Shown here in pieces: positions 23,822 to 34,660 of a stretch of DNA of 64,000 bases (its first letter is position 1; each line of letters opens with the position of its first letter). Source of the stretch: Escherichia coli (lineage in GTDB: Bacteria; Pseudomonadota; Gammaproteobacteria; Enterobacterales; Enterobacteriaceae); NCBI RefSeq assembly GCF_003790525.1, contig NZ_CP033635.1, one strand, 5' to 3'. Below the pieces are notes generated by a model. That model had not been told where the DNA came from. It saw nothing but the letters and a program-made list of their open reading frames with translations, and did no database searches. Made by a program: the position numbers and the translations under genes.

Positions 23822-25114
23822 TCACAGATACGGCGACCAGGCAGGGAATTTGACCTGTCCATCAGTTGCCGGAAGACGCGCTTTGAAACGCCCATCTGTA
23901 GAAACCAAATTCAGCACGGATCCCATCCCCTGAGAAGAGCTGTAGATTACCATAGTGCCGTTAGGTGCCAGACTTGGCGTTTCATCCAGGAACGTGGACG
24001 ACAGAACTTGTACGCCTCCCGTTGCCAGATCTTGTTTGGCAATGTGCTGCTGCCCACCATTGGAGCTGACCATTACCATAAATTTACCGTCGCTGCTGAC
24101 ATCCGCATCCTGGTTCTGCGAACCTTCCCAGGTAATACGTTGTGGCGCACCGCCGTTGATATTCACTTTATAAACCTGTGGACGACCGGCCTGGTCAGAA
24201 GTAAATGCCAGGTTCTGGCTATCCGGGAACCAGGTCGGTTCGGTATTGTTACTGCGACCATCAGTCACCTGGCGGATCTGACCAGAAGCCAAATCCATTA
24301 CGTACAGGTTCAGACTACCGGTTTTCGACAAGGCGAATGCCAGTTTGCTGCCGTCTGGCGAGAATGCAGGTGCACCGTTGTGACGCGGGAATGAAGCCAC
24401 CTGACGTACAGCGCCATTTGCCAGCGTCTGAATAACCAGCGCGGAACGACCGCTTTCGAAGGTCACATAAGCCAGTTTAGAACCGTCTGGTGACCACGCC
24501 GGAGACATCAGCGGCTGCGGTGAACGGTGAACGACAAACTGGTTGTAACCGTCATAGTCAGATACGCGCAGTTCATACGGGAACTGACCGCCGTTGGTCT
24601 GAACAACGTAGGCAATACGGGTACGGAACGCACCTTTAATGCCGGTCAGTTTTTCAAACACTTCATCACTGGCGGTATGACCAGCATAACGCAGCCACTG
24701 CTTGTTCACTTTGTACGAGTTCTGAGCAAGTACAGTACCCGGTGCGCCGCCAGTGTCAACAAGTTGATAAGCAACATTGTAAGAGCCGTCCGGATTCGGA
24801 GTGACCTGACCGACAACTACAGCGTCAATGCCCAGTGCGGACCATGCAGCTGGTTGTACTTCCTGCGCACTACCCGGCTGCTGTGGCAGACGAGCGCGAT
24901 CTAACGGATTAAATTTACCGCTGTTACGCAAGTCAGCAGCAACGATGCCGCCAATATCTTCAGGTGCCGCACCAGGCCCCGCCCACTGGAAAGGAACAAC
25001 ACCAATAGGACGACCGGAATCTACACCGCTGTCGATCACAATGCGGACTTCAGCATGCAGAACTGATGCCCACAGTATGAGAAAACCAAATGCTACTCGT
25101 AATGCCTGCTTCAT
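23822..25114 (-). CDS. tolB: Tol-Pal system periplasmic beta-propeller protein, 430 aa
   Basis: Full-length match ([21 protein letters not shown]...). Confidence 0.95.
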   Translation of the reverse strand: MKQALRVAFGFLILWASVLHAEVRIVIDSGVDSGRPIGVVPFQWAGPGAAPEDIGGIVAADLRNSGKFNPLDRARLPQQPGSAQEVQPAAWSALGIDAVVVGQVTPNPDGSYNVAYQLVDTGGAPGTVLAQNSYKVNKQWLRYAGHTASDEVFEKLTGIKGAFRTRIAYVVQTNGGQFPYELRVSDYDGYNQFVVHRSPQPLMSPAWSPDGSKLAYVTFESGRSALVIQTLANGAVRQVASFPRHNGAPAFSPDGSKLAFALSKTGSLNLYVMDLASGQIRQVTDGRSNNTEPTWFPDSQNLAFTSDQAGRPQVYKVNINGGAPQRITWEGSQNQDADVSSDGKFMVMVSSNGGQQHIAKQDLATGGVQVLSSTFLDETPSLAPNGTMVIYSSSQGMGSVLNLVSTDGRFKARLPATDGQVKFPAWSPYL

Positions 25115-25246
25115 CATATCTCCCTTATCTGGACCGATGGCCCACGATAATTTAGCAGAATGTTAACAAACTAAAATACACAAAACTACCAGAACCCCGT
25201 GGCAACCGGTGCCTGATGTTGACCGTCCGAACAGTCAACATCGCGA

Positions 25247-26527
25247 TTACGGTTTGAAGTCCAATGGCGCGTTTTTGAACACTTCATATACTGCCTGGCT
25301 TGGTGGTTTCGGGATCTTCGCAAGTTTAGCTGCTGCTAACGCAGCCTGACAAAGTGCGGGATCGCCACCTTCAGGTTTGATATCCAGTAACATGCCATCG
25401 GGTGCCAGTTTTATGCGCAGCGTACAGGTTTTGCCTGCATAGGACGATGCGTCATAGAACTTACTTTCGATAGCAGATTTAATCTGCCCGGCATAGTTAT
25501 TGATATCGGCCCCTGATGCGCCATTGTTTTTAGTATTACCACTCCCGGCTGGCGAAGCATTGTTCCCTTTCGCCCCTCCCCCCGTTTTCGGTGCATTCTT
25601 ACCAGAGCTTAGCTCACCGAAAATATCATCTGCCTCTGCGGCAGCTTTTGCTGCAGCGGCTTTTTCAGCTGCTGCTTTTGCAGCTGCCGCTTTTGCAGCT
25701 GCCGCTTTTTTGTCTGCGGCGGCTTTTTCTGCCGCTGCTTTCTTATCAGCTGCTGCCTTTTCAGCAGCCGCTTTTTCTGCTGCTTTTTTGTCGGCTGCAG
25801 CTTTCTCTGCTGCCGCTTTCTTATCAGCTGCAGCCTTTTCAGCAGCCGCTTTCTTCTCAGCTTCTGCTTTGGCTTTTTCAGCAGCTTCAGTTGCCGCTTT
25901 CTTTCTTGCTTCAGCTGCAGCTGCTTCTGCCGCTTCCGCTTTCTTCTTCAGTGCCGCCGCGGCTGCCTCGGCTTTTTTCTGCGCTTCGGCTGCGGCTTTG
26001 GCGGCTTCTGCTTCTGCTTTTTTCTTCGCGTCTGCAGCCGCTTTCTTCGCTGCTTCTTCCGCAGCTTTTGCATCCGCTTCAGCCTTCGCTTTAGCATCTG
26101 CCGCCGCTTTCGCTGCCGCTTCTTCCGCTTGCTTCTGCTTTAACTCGGCCTGTTTTGCGGCTTCTTCAGCCTGCTTTTTCTGTTCCTGAGCCGCTAACCG
26201 CTCTTTCTCAAGTTGCTTCAGGCGTTCCTGTTCAGCCGCTTGTTTCTCACGCAGTTCTTCAGCAGCCTGCTGTTCCTTCATCTTGCGCTGCTCATCAGAA
26301 CGCTTCGCGCTTGATTCCTGGCTTTGCATGCGTTTGTACTGCTCAACTACCGCACCTGAATCAACCATGACAGCGTCGATGGACGAACCACCGCCGCCTC
26401 CGGCTGAAGCTTCTATATTCTCATCGAACGAACTCCAGATCAGCGCCGCAAATAAGATGACATGCAGCACTGCTGAAATAATTATCGCCCGTTTGAGCTT
26501 GTCGTTTTGTTCGGTTGCCTTTGACAC
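25247..26527 (-). CDS. tolA: Tol-Pal system protein TolA, 426 aa, with Ala/Lys/Glu-rich repetitive domain II
   Basis: N-terminal membrane anchor, long repetitive helical domain II, C-terminal domain III. Confidence 0.95.
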   Translation of the reverse strand: MSKATEQNDKLKRAIIISAVLHVILFAALIWSSFDENIEASAGGGGGSSIDAVMVDSGAVVEQYKRMQSQESSAKRSDEQRKMKEQQAAEELREKQAAEQERLKQLEKERLAAQEQKKQAEEAAKQAELKQKQAEEAAAKAAADAKAKAEADAKAAEEAAKKAAADAKKKAEAEAAKAAAEAQKKAEAAAAALKKKAEAAEAAAAEARKKAATEAAEKAKAEAEKKAAAEKAAADKKAAAEKAAADKKAAEKAAAEKAAADKKAAAEKAAADKKAAAAKAAAAKAAAEKAAAAKAAAEADDIFGELSSGKNAPKTGGGAKGNNASPAGSGNTKNNGASGADINNYAGQIKSAIESKFYDASSYAGKTCTLRIKLAPDGMLLDIKPEGGDPALCQAALAAAKLAKIPKPPSQAVYEVFKNAPLDFKP

Positions 26528-26591
26528 TCTCGGTTTCCAAAAACTGTTCGCCTGTTACCCGCTCTCTTTCAAGCAAGGGAAACGCAGATGT

Positions 26592-27020
26592 TTAGATAGG
26601 CTGCGTCATTAAACCAACCGATTTCACACCCGCACTATGTAACAAGTTCAGTGCTTTAATTATTTCATCGTAAGGCACATCTTTTGCGCCACCGATCAGA
26701 AAGACCGTTTTCGGGTTGGCCTTGAAACGGCTGGACACTTCCGCCACCACCTGCTCTGGTGGTAAACGCTCCAGGCGATCTTTCTCAACCACCACGGTGT
26801 ACTGACCAATACCAGACACTTCAACAATCACTGGCGGATTATCGTTACTGCTCACCGCCTGTGATTCAGTAGCGTCTGGCAGATCGACCTCCACGCTCTG
26901 GGTGATGATGGGCGCTGTCGCCATAAAGATCAGCAACAGCACCAGCAGTACGTCCAGCAACGGTACAATGTTGATTTCGGACTTGAGATCGCGACGACCT
27001 CGTCCACGCGCTCTGGCCAT
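26592..27020 (-). CDS. tolR: Tol-Pal system protein TolR, 142 aa
   Basis: Full-length match. Confidence 0.95.
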   Translation of the reverse strand: MARARGRGRRDLKSEINIVPLLDVLLVLLLIFMATAPIITQSVEVDLPDATESQAVSSNDNPPVIVEVSGIGQYTVVVEKDRLERLPPEQVVAEVSSRFKANPKTVFLIGGAKDVPYDEIIKALNLLHSAGVKSVGLMTQPI

Positions 27021-27023
27021 GGC

Positions 27024-28117
<1,094 letters not shown>

Positions 28118-28266
28118 TTTACATCCCGGTAATGCAACAAAAGTTAGAGCTTTTAAACGCTGCTACTATACGCGCGCGATTGAGGTTTGGGAATGAGGGC
28201 AAGTTAAGGGAGCGTAAAAATTTATGGGCCTGAAGCGGCCCATAAATTTTTAAAGAGAATTCTGAT

Positions 28267-28560
28267 TTAAAAGAAGAAGAAAATCAGCCCGACAATGAGA
28301 ACAATATCGGCAAGCAAAGGGCAAAAAATCCCTTGCCAGAGAACCTTCTGCGGACGAAAGCCCACGCCGTGAATCACACCAGCACAGACGGCCCACATCA
28401 GCAATAAACCATGCCAGATTTCCAGTTCACTGGTCTTCGCGGCGAAACGTGACGGGTCCCAAAACATACATCCTGCTAACAGAAGCGCCATCACGAAGGA
28501 AAGCGCCCGCAGGGGGCGCTTGTCCATTACCGCATACAAGGTTGCGATAATCTTACTCAT
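28267..28560 (-). CDS. ybgE: Small inner-membrane protein of the cyd operon, 97 aa
   Basis: Hydrophobic 97-aa ORF downstream of cydX. Confidence 0.85.
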   Translation of the reverse strand: MSKIIATLYAVMDKRPLRALSFVMALLLAGCMFWDPSRFAAKTSELEIWHGLLLMWAVCAGVIHGVGFRPQKVLWQGIFCPLLADIVLIVGLIFFFF

Positions 28561-28673
28561 CAGATGTCTTCTTGACCGGCTTTGCCTGATTCGACGTGCT
28601 CAAGCGCCAGCGCGGTGATTACCCCAAACGAACAGGCAAGAAGCGTTCCCAGAATCCATGCGAAATACCACAT
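28560..28673 (-). CDS. cydX: Cytochrome bd-I accessory small subunit CydX, 37 aa
   Basis: Manual minus-strand translation gives MWYFAWILGTLLACSFGVITALALEHVESGKAGQEDI. Its stop overlaps the ybgE start (TGATG). It is below the ORF-track cutoff. Confidence 0.9.
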   Translation of the reverse strand: MWYFAWILGTLLACSFGVITALALEHVESGKAGQEDI

Positions 28674-28687
28674 TTTTAGCTCCTTAC

Positions 28688-29827
28688 TTAGTACAGAGAG
28701 TGGGTGTTACGTTCAATATCTTCTTTGGTGATACGACCGAACATTTTCCAGTAACACCAGGCGGTGTAGAGCAGAATGATCGGTACCAGAACCACCGCAA
28801 CCCAGGTCATGACGTTAAGCGTCAGCTGGCTGGAAGTTGCATCCCACATTGTCAGACTTGCGTTCATCATGGTGCTGGACGGCATCACAAACGGGAACAT
28901 TGCGATACCGGCAGTCAGGATGATGCAGGCCAGCGTCAGGGAGGAGAACACAAACGCCCACGCGGCTTTATCCATACGTGCAGTCAGGATGGTCAGCAGC
29001 GGCAGAACCACACCCAGTGCCGGAATAGCCCACAGAATTGGCGTGTTGTTGAAGTTAACCAGCCATGCGCCAGCTTCACGAACCACTTCTTTATTCAGCG
29101 GGTTAGAGGCTGCGTAATGGTCCATTGTCGATTTCACGACATAACCATCGATACCGTACATCACCCATACGCCAGCCAGTGCGAAGCAGACCAGTGTCAC
29201 CAGTGCCGCCACCTGAGCCGTTGCACGGGTACGCAGGTGCAGTTCGCCCACGGTACGCATTTGCAGATAGGTTGCGCCCTGAGTAATGATCATCCCTACG
29301 CTCACCACGCCTGCCAGCAGGCCGAACGGGTTAAGCAGCTGGAAAAAGTTACCGGTGTAGTACAGACGCAGATATTCATCAACGTTGAACGGTACGCCCT
29401 GCAACAGGTTACCGAACGCTACACCAATCACCAGCGGCGGAACGAAGCTACCAATGAAGATGCCCCAGTCCCACATGTTACGCCAGCGGGTTTCTTCAAT
29501 CTTGGAGCGGTAGTCAAAACCGACCGGACGGAAGAACAAAGACGCCAGCACGAGGATCATCGCCACATAGAAGCCGGAGAACGCAGCGGCATAGACCATC
29601 GGCCAGGCAGCAAAGAGTGCGCCGCCCGCGGTGATCAGCCAAACCTGGTTACCGTCCCAGTGTGGTGCAATGGAGTTAATCATAATTCGACGCTCGGTGT
29701 CGTTACGACCGAGGAAACGGGTGAGCATGCCCACCCCCATGTCGAAACCGTCAGTGACTGCAAAACCAATCAGCAGAACGCCAACCAGCAGCCACCAGAT
29801 AAAACGCAATACTTCATAATCGATCAT
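28688..29827 (-). CDS. cydB: Cytochrome bd-I ubiquinol oxidase subunit II, 379 aa
   Basis: Full-length match. Confidence 0.96.
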   Translation of the reverse strand: MIDYEVLRFIWWLLVGVLLIGFAVTDGFDMGVGMLTRFLGRNDTERRIMINSIAPHWDGNQVWLITAGGALFAAWPMVYAAAFSGFYVAMILVLASLFFRPVGFDYRSKIEETRWRNMWDWGIFIGSFVPPLVIGVAFGNLLQGVPFNVDEYLRLYYTGNFFQLLNPFGLLAGVVSVGMIITQGATYLQMRTVGELHLRTRATAQVAALVTLVCFALAGVWVMYGIDGYVVKSTMDHYAASNPLNKEVVREAGAWLVNFNNTPILWAIPALGVVLPLLTILTARMDKAAWAFVFSSLTLACIILTAGIAMFPFVMPSSTMMNASLTMWDATSSQLTLNVMTWVAVVLVPIILLYTAWCYWKMFGRITKEDIERNTHSLY

Positions 29828-29842
29828 TTGACGACTCCTGTC

Positions 29843-31411
29843 TTAGCGTGCCGGCTGAGTAGTCGTGGAAGACTGCTCAAAGTGATAGCGACCGGTTTTC
29901 AGGCTGCTTGGGCCGAGGCGTGCAAACTTGAACATTAAGAACAATTCTGCCACCAGGAACAGGGTATACAGGCCGCAAATCAGCACCATTGAGAAGATGA
30001 GATCGCCTGCGGTCAGTGACGAGTTCGCCACAGCTGTCGGTAGCACTTCACCGATAGCCCACGGTTGGCGGCCATATTCAGCCACAAACCAGCCCGCTTC
30101 TACAGCAATCCACGGCAGCGGAATACCGTACAGCGCGGCGCGCAGCAGCCATTTTTTCTCGCCAATGCGGTTGCGGATGACACTCCAGAAAGAGAGCGCG
30201 ATGATTGCCAGCAGCAGGAAGCCACACGCCACCATGATACGGAACGCGAAGTACAGCGGCGCTACACGCGGAATGGAGTCTTTGGTTGCCTGTTGAATCT
30301 GCGCTTCAGTCGCATCAGCCACGTTTGGCGTATAGCGTTTCAGCAGCAGACCGTAACCGAGGTCTTTCTTCATGCTATTGAACTGGTCACGAACCGCCTG
30401 GTCGGTAGAACCAGAACGCAGTTGCTCGAGCAGAGAGTACGCCTTCATCCCGTTACGAATGCGTTCTTCATGCTGCACCATCAGTTCTTTCAGGCCGATA
30501 ACTGGAGTATCCACGGAACGCGTTGCAATGATGCCCAGCGCGTAAGGGATCTGGATCGCAAATTTGTTCGTCTCCTCTTCCTGATCAGGAATGCCGAACA
30601 GAGTAAAGGCAGCAGGCGCAGGTTGCGTTTCCCACTCGGCTTCAATAGCAGCCAGTTTGGTTTTCTGCACGTCGCCCATTTCGTAACCAGATTCATCACC
30701 CAGAACAATAACAGACAGAACGGCAGCCATACCGAAGCTGGCAGCGATAGCAAAGGAGCGTTTAGCGAAGGCGAAGTCACGACCTTTCAGCATATACCAT
30801 GCGCTGATACCGAGGATGAACATCGCGCCAGTCACATAACCAGACGCTACAGTGTGAACGAATTTCACCTGAGCAACCGGGTTAAGCACCAGCTCGGAGA
30901 AGCTCACCATCTCCATACGCATAGTTTCAAAGTTGAAATCGGACGCGATTGGGTTTTGCATCCAGCCGTTCGCAACCAGAATCCACAGTGCGGACAGGTT
31001 TGAACCGAGCGCCACCAGCCAGGTGACACACATATGCTGAACTTTACCCAAACGATCCCAACCGAAGAAGAACAGACCTACAAAGGTGGATTCGAGGAAG
31101 AAGGCCATTAGACCTTCGATTGCCAGCGGCGCACCGAAGATATCCCCTACATAGTGGGAATAGTAAGACCAGTTAGTCCCGAACTGGAACTCCATGGTCA
31201 GACCGGTAGCCACACCCAGAGCGAAGTTGATACCAAACAACTTGCCCCAGAACTTGGTCATATCTTTATAAATCTGTTTGCCGGAAAGGACGTAGACCGT
31301 TTCCATAATGGCCAGCAGGAACGCCATACCGAGCGTCAGTGGCACAAAAAGGAAGTGGTACATCGCGGTCAAGGCAAACTGTAAGCGCGACAGTTCGACT
31401 ATATCTAACAT
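29843..31411 (-). CDS. cydA: Cytochrome bd-I ubiquinol oxidase subunit I, 522 aa
   Basis: Full-length match. Start at the second Met ([12 protein letters not shown]...). Confidence 0.96.
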
Positions 31412-31748
31412 CATGACTCCTTGCTCATCGCATGAAGACTCCGAGAGTGAACCCCGTTAGAAAGGGTCACACGCATGCCCCAATACAAAATTATTTGCTC
31501 GCCTCTATCGTTGCCATTTCATCAAAAGAGGAAAAGACAATGATAAAAAAGTTACAAATATGTTAATGAATAAACCAAATTGATCCCGTAATTATATTAC
31601 GCCGCAAAATCCTTACAATAAACAGGTTTTTATTGAGCAAATTTGCATTTTTCGACAGTGATCAATTTATAGCGAAATTGTCACGATCTCACCAATTTGA
31701 TCTACGACAATTTATCGTGTTTTGCAGATTTTTTTCAAGAATTAAAAA

Positions 31749-31762
31749 TTGATTTATATCAA
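31749..31762. promoter_or_regulatory. FNR-consensus site in the cydAB upstream regulatory region
   Basis: Perfect TTGAT-N4-ATCAA (TTGATTTATATCAA) about 340 bp upstream of the cydA start, inside a very AT-rich 800-bp region. Known cydAB biology involves FNR/ArcA/H-NS control, but the exact site identity was not checked. Confidence 0.5.
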
Positions 31763-32216
31763 AACCAACCAAATATGTTAATTATGTATAAACCATAGAT
31801 CATTGGTGATTTTATTGTTAATTTATTGTGAAATATTTATGCAACACAATTATTACAATGAAAAGGTATAGATAAAAAACCAGTGTTTTATTTAACAGAA
31901 CCGCCTTATCCACTTTTTATAATACCAATTGATTAGATTAGCCAATTTGTTGCTATTTTACATAACATATTTTTATCAAAGTTAATTGATTGTTGCCTTT
32001 ATGAGCACCGGCCGTAAGCACGTTATGTTATTGTTTCATTAGTAATAATCACTTAAATGTATCGATGAAACAGGTATGACTTAGCGGGAGTGATTGTTTC
32101 TGAGTGAACAGAGACCACTTTAGCCTGATAAATGAAAAATGAGCGATTTTTGCAAGTTAGTTTTTCTATAGCCGAGTACGCTCAGCGCCTCGCTTGATTA
32201 CAATGAGGTTGCTGCT

Positions 32217-33161
32217 ATGAGTCCTGATAATATCGGTTCGGCTGTCAATCGCTTCTCAGGTTGGCCATCTAATGATCCTCTAAAAACAGATAACGAATCA
32301 ATGACATCACCCGTGGCTGTGCAGGTAATAAAGATGATTGCCGCCATCCTTGACCCATATCGGATAGTCGTTGGAATCGATACACTTTATACAACGCAGC
32401 GCGAAACATTTACCTCAGAGAGTCAACAGCTCATTGAATCAGCATTGCAAACACTTCATGTGATAAATTTAAATAACCTGGAAACAAATCTCGATGAGGA
32501 CGGTCACTATCTGGCTTTTGGATATAACGTTGACACTCCTGACAGAATAACCGTTTCTGCTTATAATGAAAAAAAGCCTGGCTGCTATGGCCAATGTCTT
32601 TTAATACAGGATGACGAAACAGACTTATTTAACCTGATAAAAGTTAAAATTTTTGAAGCCAGGCATAATTATGTCGCTCAATTGATGAGAGATCCGGAAT
32701 TTATGTTCAAATTTAGTTATAGCGCTCAACAAAATAGATTAGAACCTCATCTTCTGGTTCCCACTTATTTCCCTCTAAAAACAAACGAACCGGTTACGCA
32801 AGAGGATGTACTGTTACTTTATCGTTTCTTTAAAATGGATGGTGATTTTAATATATTAACATCAGATGAATACATGAGTATCATGACACCTCTGATGAAG
32901 TGTGAGCGTAGCATCCACGACCACAACAGGTATGTGACGGGCAAAGATACCCTTCTTCTGGACTATCCTCCTTCTGGTAACCAGATATATTTCCATATTT
33001 TTCCTGACGAATCAGCAACACTAGTCCTTTATTTTTCAAACAATGACATTGAATGTTTCGTCTTTGAAAGAGATATTCCGAGCCAGTATCGCTTTTTCAA
33101 AATGTTTACCAATCTGGCACTGGTTATTGATCAGTTAACTGATGCCAATCAAATACTTTAA
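32217..33161 (+). CDS. Hypothetical protein, 314 aa, AT-rich, no recognisable domain; the N-terminal 35 residues are rich in Ser/Pro/Asn/Asp/Thr
   Basis: Long ORF in a segment visibly AT-richer than the flanking core genes. No transmembrane segment or signal peptide is evident. Occupies the position of mngB/mngA in K-12. Confidence 0.6.
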   Translation: MSPDNIGSAVNRFSGWPSNDPLKTDNESMTSPVAVQVIKMIAAILDPYRIVVGIDTLYTTQRETFTSESQQLIESALQTLHVINLNNLETNLDEDGHYLAFGYNVDTPDRITVSAYNEKKPGCYGQCLLIQDDETDLFNLIKVKIFEARHNYVAQLMRDPEFMFKFSYSAQQNRLEPHLLVPTYFPLKTNEPVTQEDVLLLYRFFKMDGDFNILTSDEYMSIMTPLMKCERSIHDHNRYVTGKDTLLLDYPPSGNQIYFHIFPDESATLVLYFSNNDIECFVFERDIPSQYRFFKMFTNLALVIDQLTDANQIL

Positions 33162-33241
33162 TTTTTATATATTCCCTGTGGCAAATATTGCTAAACAATG
33201 CCTGGGGATTAATTTTTATTACTCACGGAAAGATTTAAATA

Positions 33242-33664
33242 ATGATCCCATCTCAAATCTCTTTCAACACCCTTCCTGTCAATGCAACATACGCTTCAGA
33301 GACAACAGTTGACACACAAAAATTCTCTGACATCCTCTACTCAGCGGGGTGTTCCCTAAAGGATCTGGCTTATCTGAGCAGATGTCTGGCATCAATACAT
33401 CCGACTATCGCCAAAAACATTTATGAAACAGAAAATCTCAGCGATCAAAAATTACTACATATTGATTGCCGTAGTACAAATGAAATCAAGATAAATATCT
33501 TTTTTGGTCAACAACGAGAAGGATTAATTGAAATTAATTCTGACACTGTCATTTTTTCGATATTGTCTTCATTAATTGACTCCGCCATTTCTAAATTTCA
33601 ACACCAAATCCCCGTTAACGGTTCAGTTAATCGTGAACTATTGTATGAGGATTATACTGATTAA
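33242..33664 (+). CDS. Hypothetical protein, 140 aa, acidic (about 17 Asp/Glu vs 10 Lys/Arg by hand count), AT-rich
   Basis: ORF 80 bp downstream of the 314-aa ORF on the same strand, with the same low-GC composition. No recognisable motif. Confidence 0.55.
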   Translation: MIPSQISFNTLPVNATYASETTVDTQKFSDILYSAGCSLKDLAYLSRCLASIHPTIAKNIYETENLSDQKLLHIDCRSTNEIKINIFFGQQREGLIEINSDTVIFSILSSLIDSAISKFQHQIPVNGSVNRELLYEDYTD

Positions 33665-34210
33665 ATCCACCCAGTCGCGAAAATGGCCTGCGTTATTGCC
33701 AGAGGTAATAAAACCTTTGATTAACGTTACTCATACTGGTAGCACCTTCATGTACCTCTCTTTTTTACGAAAAATCAAAAGAGCTAACTAAGGTCATAAT
33801 TCGCATGAATCATTAACCATTTGTTATTTTCAACATTATTTTTACATTAAGCAGAGATGAATTGCAGTGAAATTCGACTTAAATTTTATGAAATGCATTT
33901 ACTCATGGCTAAACCCATATCACTAAAATGCAAATTAGAAGTAGATCACAAATACCTCAATACACCAAATCAAGTTAATTTTAAAAATTTAACATTCATG
34001 ACATTAGTTGACATAACACACTGAATTAACATGAGAATTTAACAACATACTTTAAACAATCATTTCCCGAAAGACATTTTGAAAATAGATCAATTGCAAC
34101 ATTACGGTCAGATAAAGACACTCCTGTGATATTAAACCTGTGCCGTTATGAACGGCCATAAATACGACGTGTGTAACTTATTTTACTCTCTGTCTTACAA
34201 AGGATTACCC

Positions 34211-34660
34211 ATGAAGAAAGCAACACTTGTGATTGGCGTTATTGGCGCGGACTGCCATGCAGTAGGCAATAAAGTTCTGGACCGCGTTTTTAGCAACCAT
34301 GGCTTCAGAGTCATTAATCTGGGCGTAATGGTCAGCCAGGACGAATATATTGATGCGGCCATTGAAACTGGCGCTGACGCGATTGTCGTCTCCTCTATCT
34401 ATGGGCATGGCGATATCGACTGTCTGGGCATGCGCGAACGCTGCATCGAGCGTGGACTGGGGGACATCCTGCTCTATGTGGGCGGTAACCTGGTGGTCGG
34501 AAAACATGACTTCGCTGACGTGGAAACCAAATTCAAAGAGATGGGATTTGATCGCGTCTTTGCCCCAAGTCATGACTTAGAAGATGTTTGTCAGCTGATG
34601 GCCCACGATATCAACCAACGTCATGACGTTGATACTCGTATTCTTGAAGAGGCAATCTGA
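34211..34660 (+). CDS. Glutamate mutase sigma (S) subunit, the adenosylcobalamin-binding component (MutS/GlmS of the clostridial methylaspartate pathway; unrelated to mismatch-repair MutS or GlcN-6-P synthase GlmS), 149 aa
   Basis: B12-binding motif ([15 protein letters not shown], Asp-x-His-x-x-Gly) and strong resemblance to clostridial MutS. Start at the internal Met at 34211, which follows an AGGA ribosome-binding site. Confidence 0.88.
   Translation: MKKATLVIGVIGADCHAVGNKVLDRVFSNHGFRVINLGVMVSQDEYIDAAIETGADAIVVSSIYGHGDIDCLGMRERCIERGLGDILLYVGGNLVVGKHDFADVETKFKEMGFDRVFAPSHDLEDVCQLMAHDINQRHDVDTRILEEAI

Noticed and set aside
25500..26189. Ala/Phe/Ser-rich ORFs and apparent tandem repeats inside tolA
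   Set aside because: This is the antisense and alternative-frame reading of the known repetitive Ala/Lys/Glu-rich domain II of TolA, not an independent repeat element or gene.
33576..33791. 71-aa ORF overlapping the end of the 140-aa hypothetical gene
   Set aside because: It overlaps the better-supported 140-aa ORF in another frame and extends into AT-rich intergenic DNA; nothing supports it.
34148..34210. N-terminal extension of the glutamate mutase S-subunit ORF (170 aa in the ORF track)
   Set aside because: The conserved protein begins at the Met at 34211, which has a ribosome-binding site and aligns with clostridial MutS; the extra 21 codons are probably not translated.
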